Origin: Thecamonas trahens ATCC 50062
Lineage: Eukaryota; Protista; Apusomonadida
NCBI RefSeq assembly: GCF_000142905.1
Contig: NW_013657668.1
Location: 498,822-562,821, forward strand
Reading direction: 5' to 3'
DNA: 64,000 nt
In this document: positions 1-10,900 of the stretch, in pieces
Numbering within the stretch: the stretch's first letter is position 1
How the letters are laid out: each line of letters begins with the position of its first letter
Translations under genes and position numbers: made by a program
Notes under the pieces: generated by a model
What the model was told of the DNA's origin: nothing
The model's input: only the letters and a program-made list of their open reading frames with translations
Databases searched by the model: none

Positions 1-153
1 GTCATCCGCCAGTCGCGCGCGAGCCTGAGCACCGCCTGCGCGCGTGCTTGCCCGCCTCGACCTCGACGATGACTTCTTGCTCGCCGACCGAGCATCCTTC
101 GATTGCGACCTACTGGATCCCTTCTGCCTTGACCTTGACCTTCTACTCGACAT
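1..153 (-). CDS. 5' end of a gene running off the left edge; Ser/Arg/Lys-rich N-terminus (MSSRRSRSRQKGSSRSQSKDARS...)
   Basis: ATG at 153 (minus) opens a stop-free frame to position 1. It is preceded by a sense-strand C-rich leader like other genes in the window. No product can be assigned. Confidence 0.45.
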   Translation of the reverse strand, partial: MSSRRSRSRQKGSSRSQSKDARSASKKSSSRSRRASTRAGGAQARARLADD

Positions 154-397
154 TCGTGTGTGCGTGTGGATGAGCTGCCAGTGGCCGAGACGAGAGCTGC
201 GCGTGTCGCCTATAGTTGTTTCGCGAATGACGTGAGGGCGGGGAGCGGGCCGAGGAAGCCCAGAGTTATCCAAGGGTGGCGTGGGTTGTGGAGGATGCTT
301 GTGGAAGGGAGATGGGCGGAAGGGAGGGGATTAGTAGGAGAATGGGGATATGTGTGTGGGCTGTGGGTGCTATGTTGAAGGAAGAGGGATATGCACC

Positions 398-720
398 TCT
401 GCATTGTGCAAACGTGAGTTAATCGTTGTGTTTCATCCCTGCATTATACAAACGTGAGTTAATCGTTGTGTCTCATCTCTTCATTGTGCAAACGTGAGTT
501 AATCGTTGTGTTTCATCCCTGCATTATGCAAACGTGAGTTAATCGTTGTGTCTCATCCCTGCATTATACAAACGTGAGTTAATCGTTGTGTTTCATCCCT
601 GCATTATGCAAACGTGAGTTAATCGTTGTGTCTCATCCCTGCATTATACAAACGTGAGTTAATCGTTGTGTCTCATCCCTGCATTGTGCAAACGTGAGTT
701 AATCGTTGTGCCTGCATTGT
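398..720. repeat. AT-rich 40-bp tandem repeat, about 8 copies
   Basis: Unit GCATT(G/A)T(G/A)CAAACGTGAGTTAATCGTTGTGT(T/C)TCATCCCT starts at 401, 441, 481, 521, 561, 601, 641 and 681 (last copy partial). There are no spacers. Confidence 0.97.
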
Positions 721-787
721 GCCATTCGGCTGGTGCCAATGTTCCCAAAAGCCGCCGTCGTGGAACACCCGTCGCCTTCCCTTCGCC

Positions 788-2635
788 ATGGCCAGCAACG
801 GCAACCAGGGCATACAGCCGACCCTCGGCAGGCTTGCACGGGTAGGGGCATACACAGCATCGGCAGGACTGTTTGTCTCGAGGTGGGGCCTCGCACTCTC
901 ATCCACAGCGGCGTCATCGGCCCTCGGCCTCTCCTCGCTCCTCGCCTCTTCGACCGCCCTCGTCGTCCCCTCGCTCCTGCCTGGTGGCTCAGCCATTTCT
1001 TCGGCTCTCTCGGCCATCGCTCTCGGCTCGTGGGCTGCACGCACCTCGATCACCGCATCATCACTTTCGGCACAGTCATCGCTGCTCGCCCTAGAACTCG
1101 CCCTCCGCACCGGCTCGTGGGCCGCTGCAACCATCGCCTCAGTCGCCTCGGCTTCGTCCTCGGCTCCGGCACCAGCTGCGACAGACGACTTTGACAATGC
1201 GCCGCTGGTGGTAGCCTGGCGGAGCTGGGAGCGCCCGGACTCGGTTGATCGCTGGCTTCGCCCGGCCATGAACGTGCATGCATGGCAGCTCGACGTGGAC
1301 ATCTTGCAGACCGCCATCGGCTCACACGCTGCTGCGCTGAGCGCATGGACGGCTGCTGATGGAAACATGGCGGCCTTGCCCGAGGCCAAGCGCATGACGC
1401 TCGCGCTGTGGTACGCCGCCGCCCACGCTGCGCTCGAGCCGTCGGACGCGCGGTCTGCGCTCGGCAGCCGTCTCCTCTCGGGCGGATCAGCAGTGGCCGC
1501 GCTGGCCTTGCTGCATCAGCACGAGCGGGGCGCGAGTGCAAGCGAGCGCAAGCCAAGAGTCGAAACAGAAGCTGCGCCTGCGACAAGCTCGTCGTGGTCG
1601 TCGTGGCTTCCTTGGCGGGCGCGGGCGTCGCAGCCGCGGGCTGCGGGCTCGTCATCCGAGGCTGCAGCACTCGTCAACTTGGGGCGTATGTACATGCCGC
1701 TGGCGATCGCAGCGTACGGTGAGGCTGCGCTTATCAAGCTTTCGGCCGAGCCAGAGGTTGCAGCAGCGTATCCGTCGTTTGATGCTTTTGTGAGCTCGGT
1801 TGCTGGCGACGAGCTGCGGGTGGTGCGTGCGCGTGGACAGACCGACGGCCGCGCGCTCAACTACGCAGTGCTGGAGGACACCGCTAATAGCGTGATTGTC
1901 GTTGCCATTGCCGCGCCGCGCAGTTTGGACGAGCTTGTGACCTCGGCACTTGTCAAGCCACCGCTCAAGCTCGATGATGCTAACTTTGTGGCGCGCGAGG
2001 CGCACGAGCTCGCGGTTACACTCCGCGACGAGATCGGACCAGAGCTCGCACGGCTGGCTCTGGCACAGGCTGCGCCGGCCACCGTGGTGGTGGCCGGGCA
2101 CTCTCTCGGCGGCTCGGTTGCCGCGCTCCTCGCGCTCTACCTTGTCGAGCCGATGCGCGAGGCTGCACCCGCAGCCACTGTCCGCGCACTTGCATACGCC
2201 CCGCTTCCGTTTGTGTCGCACCGGTACGCGATCCAGGACGTGGTCCGCAGAACAGTTGTTGTCTACGTAGCCACCGCCGACGCCCTGCCACGACTGACGG
2301 CCTCGCACGTGGCAGCGCGGGTGACGGCACCGCTTGTCGCACTCGCTACAAGCGCAGCTGCGCTGGTCCCGGCCATTCTTCTTGGCGAGCAGGTCGACGC
2401 CGGTGCCGCTCTGCTGCCTGCGCCGACCGACCTCCCGTCGCTCTCCAGCCCGGGCCTCGAGGCCAATCTCGTTGTCGCCGGCACGGTTTTGGTCGTCGAC
2501 AATGGCGGCGAGATTGTCAACGAGAGTGAGCCCGGTGCACTCGCCGCGGGCCTGACGCTTGCTCCCGACGCGTTTACCTCGCACATGCCGCAAGCCTATG
2601 CGCGCGCGCTCTCGGTCACCACCGATAGCTGCTGA
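788..2635 (+). CDS. Class 3 lipase (alpha/beta hydrolase)
   Basis: Nucleophile elbow VVVAGHSLGGSVAALL, followed by DALPRL (Asp) and HMPQAY (His). The first ATG in ORF 719..2635 is at 788. Confidence 0.8.
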   Translation: MASNGNQGIQPTLGRLARVGAYTASAGLFVSRWGLALSSTAASSALGLSSLLASSTALVVPSLLPGGSAISSALSAIALGSWAARTSITASSLSAQSSLLALELALRTGSWAAATIASVASASSSAPAPAATDDFDNAPLVVAWRSWERPDSVDRWLRPAMNVHAWQLDVDILQTAIGSHAAALSAWTAADGNMAALPEAKRMTLALWYAAAHAALEPSDARSALGSRLLSGGSAVAALALLHQHERGASASERKPRVETEAAPATSSSWSSWLPWRARASQPRAAGSSSEAAALVNLGRMYMPLAIAAYGEAALIKLSAEPEVAAAYPSFDAFVSSVAGDELRVVRARGQTDGRALNYAVLEDTANSVIVVAIAAPRSLDELVTSALVKPPLKLDDANFVAREAHELAVTLRDEIGPELARLALAQAAPATVVVAGHSLGGSVAALLALYLVEPMREAAPAATVRALAYAPLPFVSHRYAIQDVVRRTVVVYVATADALPRLTASHVAARVTAPLVALATSAAALVPAILLGEQVDAGAALLPAPTDLPSLSSPGLEANLVVAGTVLVVDNGGEIVNESEPGALAAGLTLAPDAFTSHMPQAYARALSVTTDSC

Positions 2636-2645
2636 GCGAGGCTTG

Positions 2646-4940
2646 TCACGAGTAAAAGTGAAACGCAGTCGACGACGACGATCGGTGGACCTCATCCTGT
2701 CGTGCAATGCTCTTGATCCGCACGCCCGAGCTATTGACGCGGCAGAGGGGCAACCCAGAATCCGCGACATGCATGCCCGAGCCCAAGCCCGAGCCCGACA
2801 ACTGCGACGATGGCAGTGAAGCAAGCGAGGCGCCACCGGTTGTGCCCCGTGAGTTGGTCGGCGAGGCTGACCCAGTCACCAAGCCCGAGGAGCTGGCGTA
2901 GGCAACGTCGCGGAGCGAGACAGGAAAGCGCGAAGAAGCTTGCGCACTTTGGCTCTCCCTCTCGTTGCTCTTGTTCTCGACAGGCTTCTGCCCCTGACCG
3001 GCGGGCTCGGCGACGCCGAGCTGGGGTGGTTGCTCATCGGTACTCGCAGGGCGGGCTACCGGCAGCTCATGGGCGCTGTCGGACCACCAGGCGGGGATAG
3101 CCGACCCTTTGGGACCGAGGGCAGCAGCCTGCATCTGGGCGTACACAGTGTAAAAGGCATCGGTGACACCCGGGAACTTGGACTCGAGGTCGGCGAGAAC
3201 GTCTGCGGTTCGGGCGCGCTCGATGGTCAGCGACGAGTGATGCGGGCCGGCGAGGAGACGGCCCGCCGCCGTCGCCATGCGGGTGTCCTGTGCCTGGAGC
3301 AAAGTGAGTGGGTCGTGTGTGGATACCGGATGCGAGACAAAGGCGGCGTCGAGGACGGCTTGTGGGACAGAGAACGTGCTGTCGAAGCGATCGTTGTCAG
3401 CGATGCGCGCGATGGCATCGGTCAGCTGCTGAGCAGTCTCGGGAGTGACCGAGTTGTTGTCCACAGCAAGCTCGAGAGGCGGGCGGGTCGGGAACAGCTC
3501 CAGAAGGCAGATTAACTCATGGACGCCAGCATCGGTTACGTCGTTGCCGCTCAAATCAACTCGCGCAATGCGGGCGTTGAGAACAACCGCTCGGGCGACA
3601 GCGCCCATGGCATCGTCTGATACAAAGTTGGCGGCAATGTTGAGCTCCTCAAGGGCGGGCGCACGGGCGAGTGTCTGCGCGATGGCAGCGACGCCGTCGT
3701 CAAAGAGCTCGTTGTCGGCGATGCCGAGCACAGTGAGCGAGGTGGCGGCTGGGAGTGCGGCTGCGATGACTGAGGCACCACCAGGACCGAGGTGGTTGTA
3801 GTCGAGACAGATCGACGAGATCGTTGACTTGGGATGCGCGAGCACAAAGGCAATTTGTGAGGCACTCGAGTCGGTGATGGCGTTCTTGGCGAGGTCAATG
3901 TGAGCTGGAAAGACCTCGCCGCCAGGCACGTCGACCATGGCGGCGAGGAGCGCATGGACGTCGCTATCGCCAAAGTTGCATGCCACCAGACGGAGCTCAT
4001 CGAGCTGGACGGCAGCAAAGATGCGCCCCGCGTACTTGCTGAGGTTGGCAGACGTCTGCGCTTGCTCGTCGAGGTCGATTTGTGAGAGATCGAGCGATCC
4101 CTCGGTGACAGCCGATCCGAGTGGGTTGTGTGAGACGTCTAGCACACGGAGGGTGGGACAGCCTCGGATGCCGCGGGAAAGCACCGCAAGTCCATCGACG
4201 TCGAGCGAGACGTCACAGAGAGAAAGTCTTGTGAGCGGTGCATTCACAAGCATGCGTGCCACATACACCATACCTTGGGCCTTGAGTCGGTTGTGCGAGA
4301 AGACGACAGCCTCGAGCCGCGGCAACAACGACAGCGTGGCACAGAGCGTGCGGGTCTTCTCGCGGTCGAGACCTTGCCACGACACATCGATCGACTTGAC
4401 CTTCTTGGCAATCCGTCTCGAGCGGAGCGACTTGGTCGACCGGCTTGACTTGACCGACTTGATGGTCGCGGTTGAGCCGACATCATCGTCGACGTCTGTT
4501 CCTTCGTCCGACTTTCCGCTCTCACCAGACTCTGTCGAGCCTTTGCCGAGCCAGTCGACCCTCCGCGGCGGCGCCGTCTCCCGTCCCAGTGACGATGACG
4601 ACGAAGCCGAGAGGCCTTGGACCAGACCTATGGAGCCCGGAATAGACTCCAGCCGACCGTGATGGCTCGCCGCGAGCTGTTCCGAGTCTGCGAGTGCGTG
4701 AGGCGACAAGCCAGCCGAGCCAGCCGAGCCGACCGAGCCCCCAGAACCGGGTGAGCCAACCGCATGTACTTCATGTGGACCAGGGCTCTGTTGGGCTTCG
4801 CTTCCGCTCTCTGGGCGACTCTCGTCCGGCCCGCCTGCGTCGAGGACCTTGATAAGCTCATTGAAGACATACGAGTCGCAGAGCGCATTGGCCTTCACGG
4901 TGACATGGCCGCGCTTGAAGAGGACAACACGGTGTGGCAT
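2646..4940 (-). CDS. RI-like leucine-rich repeat protein (NLRC3/RanGAP-type repeats)
   Basis: Repeated LxxLxLxxNxLxDxG motifs (LRVLDVSHNPLG, ICLDYNHLGPGG, LGIADNELFDDG, VDLSGNDVTDAG). Confidence 0.8.
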   Translation of the reverse strand: MPHRVVLFKRGHVTVKANALCDSYVFNELIKVLDAGGPDESRPESGSEAQQSPGPHEVHAVGSPGSGGSVGSAGSAGLSPHALADSEQLAASHHGRLESIPGSIGLVQGLSASSSSSLGRETAPPRRVDWLGKGSTESGESGKSDEGTDVDDDVGSTATIKSVKSSRSTKSLRSRRIAKKVKSIDVSWQGLDREKTRTLCATLSLLPRLEAVVFSHNRLKAQGMVYVARMLVNAPLTRLSLCDVSLDVDGLAVLSRGIRGCPTLRVLDVSHNPLGSAVTEGSLDLSQIDLDEQAQTSANLSKYAGRIFAAVQLDELRLVACNFGDSDVHALLAAMVDVPGGEVFPAHIDLAKNAITDSSASQIAFVLAHPKSTISSICLDYNHLGPGGASVIAAALPAATSLTVLGIADNELFDDGVAAIAQTLARAPALEELNIAANFVSDDAMGAVARAVVLNARIARVDLSGNDVTDAGVHELICLLELFPTRPPLELAVDNNSVTPETAQQLTDAIARIADNDRFDSTFSVPQAVLDAAFVSHPVSTHDPLTLLQAQDTRMATAAGRLLAGPHHSSLTIERARTADVLADLESKFPGVTDAFYTVYAQMQAAALGPKGSAIPAWWSDSAHELPVARPASTDEQPPQLGVAEPAGQGQKPVENKSNERESQSAQASSRFPVSLRDVAYASSSGLVTGSASPTNSRGTTGGASLASLPSSQLSGSGLGSGMHVADSGLPLCRVNSSGVRIKSIARQDEVHRSSSSTAFHFYS

Positions 4941-5173
4941 GGCGCGGCACCGTGGTCACAGAGCAAGCAAGCAAGAACGTTCCAAGTATACCTGTGTCGC
5001 CTTGTTTGCTCGCTAAACCTTCCCACAATATCTCGGCTATGCTCTTGTTCCCACGCCCCACCGCGTTCTGGAGCGAGGTGATGACCATTCCTATCCGCTG
5101 TGGGAAAAAATCGGGTCTTCGCGAGGGTGGACTGTGGGAGGAAAAAACGTTTGACAGACCGCTTATCCGCATT

Positions 5174-6819
5174 TTAATTGGCTTGACTCACGTGGCCCCA
5201 AATAGGTGACAGCCTGTCCTGGTTGCCACTCGCGCTGCTATCGGCACAGAGAGCAGCACGGAGCGCTGCGGCGGCAGAAGGCGAGAGCGAGCGTGGGTAT
5301 GACGTGCTTGCAGAGGAGGCGTAGCTGGCCAGAATATCGAGCGCTTCGTCAAGCAGTTTCTGGGCGGATGCGGCGGCATCGACAACAACATCAGATGTTA
5401 GTCGTGATTCGGCCAAATCAAACGGAGCGCCCAGGTGGATGAGAAAGCGGAGGCTGCCGCCTCCGTCCAGGATGCCGATGTAGACCGGCCGGCCCGGCTC
5501 GATGGTCACGGTGTCGAGTGCGGCAAGGAGCGTGTCTGTTTTTGAGCAAGCTGTTTCACCGACATTGCCGGTCGAGAGCAGGGCGTCGTCGACCTTGGCA
5601 CAAACGACATAGCTGAGGCCTGGCGGGTACTCAGCCGATGCCATTGCTGGCGTTGCCGACGCCTCATAGGCAGCGTGGATGGCAAGCTTGTAGCCGGGCG
5701 CGAGATCAGCGACAAGCGCCGAGAGTGCAGCTCCTGCGGGCGACGCGAGCGGAAGTGGGACAAGGGCACCGCCAGCAAGCGTTCGGATGTCTAGCCGCGC
5801 GGCGTGCGCAGCGTGTGAGGTCAACGCACGTGTGCGGGCATCAATGGCAGCACGCGCGTCCGCCATCGCAGTGTCGAGTGCAGAAAAGGCTTCCGTATAG
5901 CGTGGCCCGAGACTCGCGAGCTGGGCCTCGGCAGAGGCGAGCCGTGCGGAAGCAGCAGCAGCAGCAGCGGCGTACTCGGCGTCGAGCGCGGCCGTGGCGT
6001 CGGTGACGGCGCTCACCAGCGCCGTCCACTCGGCATCGAGCACGCGACAAGCGCGATCGTGGGCGTTGGTGGCGGCACGGGCACGGATAGCTGCTGCAGA
6101 AGCAGCTCGCCGCGCGGAATCAACCGCCGCGGCGCGCGTAGCCGCAAACTCGCGCTCGGCGGCGAGGTGAGCATCGCGGGCGGTGGCGACTCGGCTCTCG
6201 GCCACCCGCAGGCCGTCGAGGCTTGACAGCGCGGGCATGTGGTGGAGTACAAGGTCGACATACGACGGATGCCGCGCGAGCGGGTTGCCCGGGCGTGCGG
6301 ATCGGCCAGCGCCAAGTGTGCAAGGCGGGGCAGCCTTGCAAGTTTCGAGAGAACCGCGGGCGAGGCTAGGCGATTGCCCGAGAGGTTGATCTTGGTGAGC
6401 GCGGCAAGCCGACCGACACCGGCGAGGTCGGTCAGCGCATTGTCAGCAACATCGAGATCGGCAAGCATTGGGGCATCGAGCTCGGCCGATGTCGGCAGGC
6501 TCGTCAGCTCGTTGCCTGCGAGGTTGAGGGCAACGAGGGCCGGCAGCGAGAGCGTTTGCTTTGCGAGCGGCGAGCCGATTCGATTGCTGGGACAAATGAG
6601 ATGGGTTATATGGAGCGCAACGCCGATGCCGTCGAGCGATCGCAGCGAGCCGTGCGACATGAGCCGGACAGTGGTCAGCGACGGCGAGCTCAGCGCTGCG
6701 CCGAGGGCGACGATCGACCGGCAGTCGGTTCCGACCAGCGACAGCTCCTCCGCGTCGGTGGGGAGCGCTTCCGGCAGGGCCTCGAACGCCCACTCGTACC
6801 TGCGCCCACCAGCGGCCAT
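5174..6819 (-). CDS. SDS22-type LRR protein with LRRcap and coiled coil, LRRC9-like; one frame break near 6290
   Basis: ORF 6013..6873 (ATG at 6819) carries LRRs up to LALADPHA. Adding one nt continues into GNPLARHPSYVDLVLHHMPALSSLDG, the DP..NP...Y..V..HLP.L..LD cap recalled from LRRC9, and then into ORF 5174..6238. Confidence 0.65.
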
Positions 6820-7039
6820 AGACAGAGCGGCGAGCGGTGACGACGGGTGAGGTGTTTGCAAGCGTGCTGGCATGTGCGCCTACGTGTGTGTGTGTATGCA
6901 CCGGTTGTGGTGATGTGGCGTGGGGGGTGCGAGTGTTGACGACACAAATTGTTGGGAGGGTCGCAAGTGGGTGGGGGGTGGGGGGTGAGGAGCTGACATT
7001 TTTTCTTCTGTGATGCGGCCGAATGCTTCTCTGGGTGGT

Positions 7040-7972
7040 ATGAACGGAGCGGAGTGCCTCGGAGCGGACGGTACGAGAGGTAGCTTGACTCAGGTCATGT
7101 CGCTCCACCGACGACAAGTGGCGGGCAACGAGTTGGGCAGGGACGCGCCACCGGCACCCATTATGGGCGTACCGGGTGCGGCGGCGCGGTATGTGCGGAA
7201 CGGCGGCGGAGAGGCGACGCAAAAGTCGGTGCGGCGGACAGCCTTTGCTGAGCTCCGCATCTGGCTGGTCATCGTCGCCATCCTTCATGCGGTACAGGCG
7301 ATAGTCTTTCTCGCTCGAGGAGGAATAGCAAGCGTGCCGGTGACTGCGAGCTTTTCCAACGCTGCGCCTGGTCTTCTCGCTATCCCTCAGGCCAAAGTGC
7401 TCTTCTCGGTCAATCTCGCCTCGACAACTGCTTTGTACGTCGGTCTCGAGGCCGCCGGCCTTGCTCTCCTCGCTTCTGTTGGCTTTGACCGTTATTCCAC
7501 GCAGATCCGTCGTCGAGCCGGCTCGCTTCGCTGGCTGGCCATGGGTATACCGGCTGTCATCATGTACTTGCTCATCGCCATGATTGCCGGTGTGACGGAT
7601 CTTGCGGCGCTGCTCATGCTCACGTCGTCGATGGTGGCATGCTTTGCGCTCGGTTCTGCAGCAGAGGCCAACGTCCGGACGACTGGCAGTCTTTCTTGGA
7701 CTTTGTTCGGGTTTGGCTGCTTTGCCGGCGGCATGCCGTGGCTGGTGATTGTTCTCTATGCCGCCATGGCCGGCGGCGCGTACCCGAGCTTTCTCGTGGC
7801 GCTGGTAGCTCTTCAGATGGTCGCCACGCTTGCCTTTCCGCTCAACTTGGCCATCACCAACTCACGGTTCGGGTGGTCTGCACTCACAGGCGAAGTCATC
7901 TTTGTCCTTATCTCGCTCATGGCCAAGACGCTTCTGGCGTGGATGGTGTTTGGCTTCGCGTCGCTAGAGTAG
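7040..7972 (+). CDS. Heliorhodopsin (divergent, counterion-substituted)
   Basis: 7 hydrophobic helices collinear with HeR motifs: LHAVQA (helix A HxxQ), RY...LRW (helix C), IAMIAGVTD, FGCFAGGMPW, and GEVIFVLISLMAKTLLAW (helix G SxxxK, Lys codon 7925-7927). Start codon uncertain (7040, 7097 or 7163). Confidence 0.88.
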   Translation: MNGAECLGADGTRGSLTQVMSLHRRQVAGNELGRDAPPAPIMGVPGAAARYVRNGGGEATQKSVRRTAFAELRIWLVIVAILHAVQAIVFLARGGIASVPVTASFSNAAPGLLAIPQAKVLFSVNLASTTALYVGLEAAGLALLASVGFDRYSTQIRRRAGSLRWLAMGIPAVIMYLLIAMIAGVTDLAALLMLTSSMVACFALGSAAEANVRTTGSLSWTLFGFGCFAGGMPWLVIVLYAAMAGGAYPSFLVALVALQMVATLAFPLNLAITNSRFGWSALTGEVIFVLISLMAKTLLAWMVFGFASLE

Positions 7973-7983
7973 CAGTACCGAGC

Positions 7984-10900
7984 TCAGTTTGACGACGAGG
8001 AGCCGACCGAGCCGATGGCGGGAGCGGGAGCGGGAGCGCTCCCGTTCGACCCGACTATGGATGGCGGCGGCGTGTGCTTGAACAAGCTGGAGTCCATGCC
8101 GACACCGGTGATGATGCTGCTGGAGCAGCCCGAGTCGGCTATGGTGTCGAGAGAGGCAACCTGAGCAGAGGCTTCGTGCCGGTGGCCAAGATCGGCGAGC
8201 AGGACGCTCTCGCCATCGCCCATCCGGCTTTGCGTTGCCGGGTCGAGGTCGGCGGCGTCATCAAAGCCGTCAGCGTTGGCAAACACGCCCGAGACGTAAA
8301 ATTCATCTGCCTCGACAGCCTTCTCGTTGCGGACCATGCGAAGGATGTCAATGGCGTTGCCGAGGACAATGGCGAGGACGTTGACGATGATGCCGACAGC
8401 GACGGCGATGCGCCGTGACTCGCGCTCGTCAAAGGTACCGCCGTAGAGAACGAGGCTGGTGGCGGCGAGGACGATGCCGGCGACCGCATTGTGAAAGCCG
8501 GCGGCGTACGGCCGGGCGAGCGCAAGATGGACGAGTGCGGCGACGAGGATAACAAGCGCGGTGTTGGCCTTGCCCTCGTCGGCAAAGACAAAGGTCATGG
8601 CGATGACAACGCCGGCCTTGCGGGCCATGATTGCCGCCTCGAACCACCATGTGTTGCCGGTGAAACGGCCAACAAGAAAGCCGTACTGGAGCTGAAAGGC
8701 CACTGGATCGAGGTGCCGGCGCTTCTGCCACAAGACGGCGACGACGGCTGCCGGGACGCCGATCCCGTAGCCGGCGACTGCCAGGAGACCCGGGGCAAAT
8801 AGGCCGCGCCACCACGCGCTGTTGTAGCAGCTCCGAGCCGGGTCTGCGTCCATGACCCAACGGCGGCTCTCGTCGCGGCGGCAGCCAAAGACGGCAAACG
8901 AGGCCCGCGCCAGCGGGAGGTAGAGCAGGACGAGGATCTGGAAGACAGTGCGGCCGTAGGCACCGACGAGCCGGCGGCCATTGATGGCGGCCAGCAAGCC
9001 AAGCCCGGCTTGACGCCCGACGACGATTGCGCAAGCGCCGATGCCGACAATGATGGCCGCCAACAGCGGGAGCGCGAGCGTGAGGACCCACTTGAGGACC
9101 CAGACGTCGGCGTTGGTGACAACGGCGCACTCGGGTGCGGTGAGGCCAAGATCGACGTTCAGCGCCGATGCGAGGTCAAAGTAGAGCTGGGCAAAATCAC
9201 CCCAGTCGAGGTCGAGCTTACCGTACAGCGCCGAGATCTGAAGGCCGTTGAGGCCGATCATGGCCGCTGCAAACTTGTACCGCATGCTCTCGGCGAGATT
9301 GAAGCCAAGGAGCATCCAGCAGACAGCTAGGATGCCGAGGACAAGCAGCGTGATGACGAGCGCGTTCCGCCCGCCGTTACACTTGTGGCACACCGAGCCG
9401 AGCCGATAGTACCCACGGTCGCACTCGGCGCACAGCCGAGCGGTGTAGCCTGATGAACAGGTGCCATCGCCGGCGCACGCGCGCTCGTTCGGGCACGCCA
9501 CAAAGAGGGTCGAGCCAGCAGCGTCCGGGAAGAAGCCCGGTGCCGCGACGGGCGGCTCGAGCTCACCGGCGCACACGCCGCCGCGCGGGCAGAGCTCGCA
9601 CGCCGTGTCGACAGTCATGCTCGGGCTCCAGAACCCGGACTTGCAGACGCAGACAGAGCCGGATCCGTCGGTCGACGCGTTGCTCGGCGTCCGGAACGTG
9701 TTTTCCGGGCAACTCAGAGTGCCAGTGCAGCTCGCGAGGCTGCCGTCGCCTGGCGAGGTGGTACCGGACGGGCAGAGCGCGCAGGCAATGACATCAACGC
9801 CGTCGATGGTGCGGGCGACGCCACCCTCACCCGCTGCGCACCCGCCGACCGTCATGCTCGCACGGAGCGGAGAAACAGGCATGCCGACGGTGGCTCCCGA
9901 TGCGGCCAGGCGCGCGTCGACGCCCAGCGCCACGTCGACCGCCAGCGGGATGTTGGTCTCGGCGCCAGCGGTGACGTAGACAGCAGCGGTGGGAGAGGCG
10001 ACTGCCGTTGTCACCAGTGGGGTTGTTGCCACGCCGCCGACGAGAGCGGAGCTCTGCGGAGTGTCGTAGCTCAGCACAAGCGTGACGTGCGGCTCGATCA
10101 GACTCTGGCCAAACATGTCACGGCCGCGGATGGCACCTTCGATGGCTTCGCCCGATGGGACAGAAGTCCGCGGAAGGCTGGCCCACTCGAGCGTTGCCAA
10201 AGGGCCGGCGATCTTGCCGGCGCCGGTCTCCACCAGCGCGGACCAGGCGTCGGGCGCAATGCGGAGCCAAGGGAGGCCGACAGACGAGGCCAGGCTCGGC
10301 GCAAAGCCGTCAGCGGCGCAGACAAAGGCATGCTTAGAGCTGCTTCGCCATGATGCAGCGGCGCCGCGCATAGCAATGGAAGCGCCGCAGGCAAAGACAG
10401 CATCGCCAAACAAAGAAGCGCTGTTGTCGGTGAGGGCAACATCGACGAGCTCGATGCTGGGGATGGCGGTCGGGCCGGCAGAGGCGGCGGCGGCACCACG
10501 AGCCATGGGCACGTCCACGCTAGCGGTGGCGCGCAGCGTCTCGGCGACAAGCTGGGGATCGACGACAGCGATGCCGCCGCCCGAACTGGCGACGTTGTTG
10601 GCAAAGATAGCGGACGTGACGGAGAGTGTGCTGCCGGCGTCGGCAAGGATGCCGCCACCGAGTCCATTGCCGGCTGCGACGTTGGCGGTGATTTGCGGCG
10701 CGGCGTCGAGATTGGCGATGGCCGTCGTACCGACAAAGAGACCACCGCCACCGGTGTTGGCGGCAGTGCAGGCATTGATGAGCGTGTTGGCGTGAGCGCG
10801 AAGGTGTGCACTGCCGACGATGGCCATCCCACCGCCCTGCTCGCCGGCGGTGCAGTGAGCGAGGGTCAGATCGGTAGTGGTGACCCGGGTGCCGGCGCCA

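Noticed and set aside
398-720. CRISPR-like regular 40-bp periodicity
   Set aside because: Units are contiguous with no unique spacers, there are no cas genes, and the context is eukaryotic.
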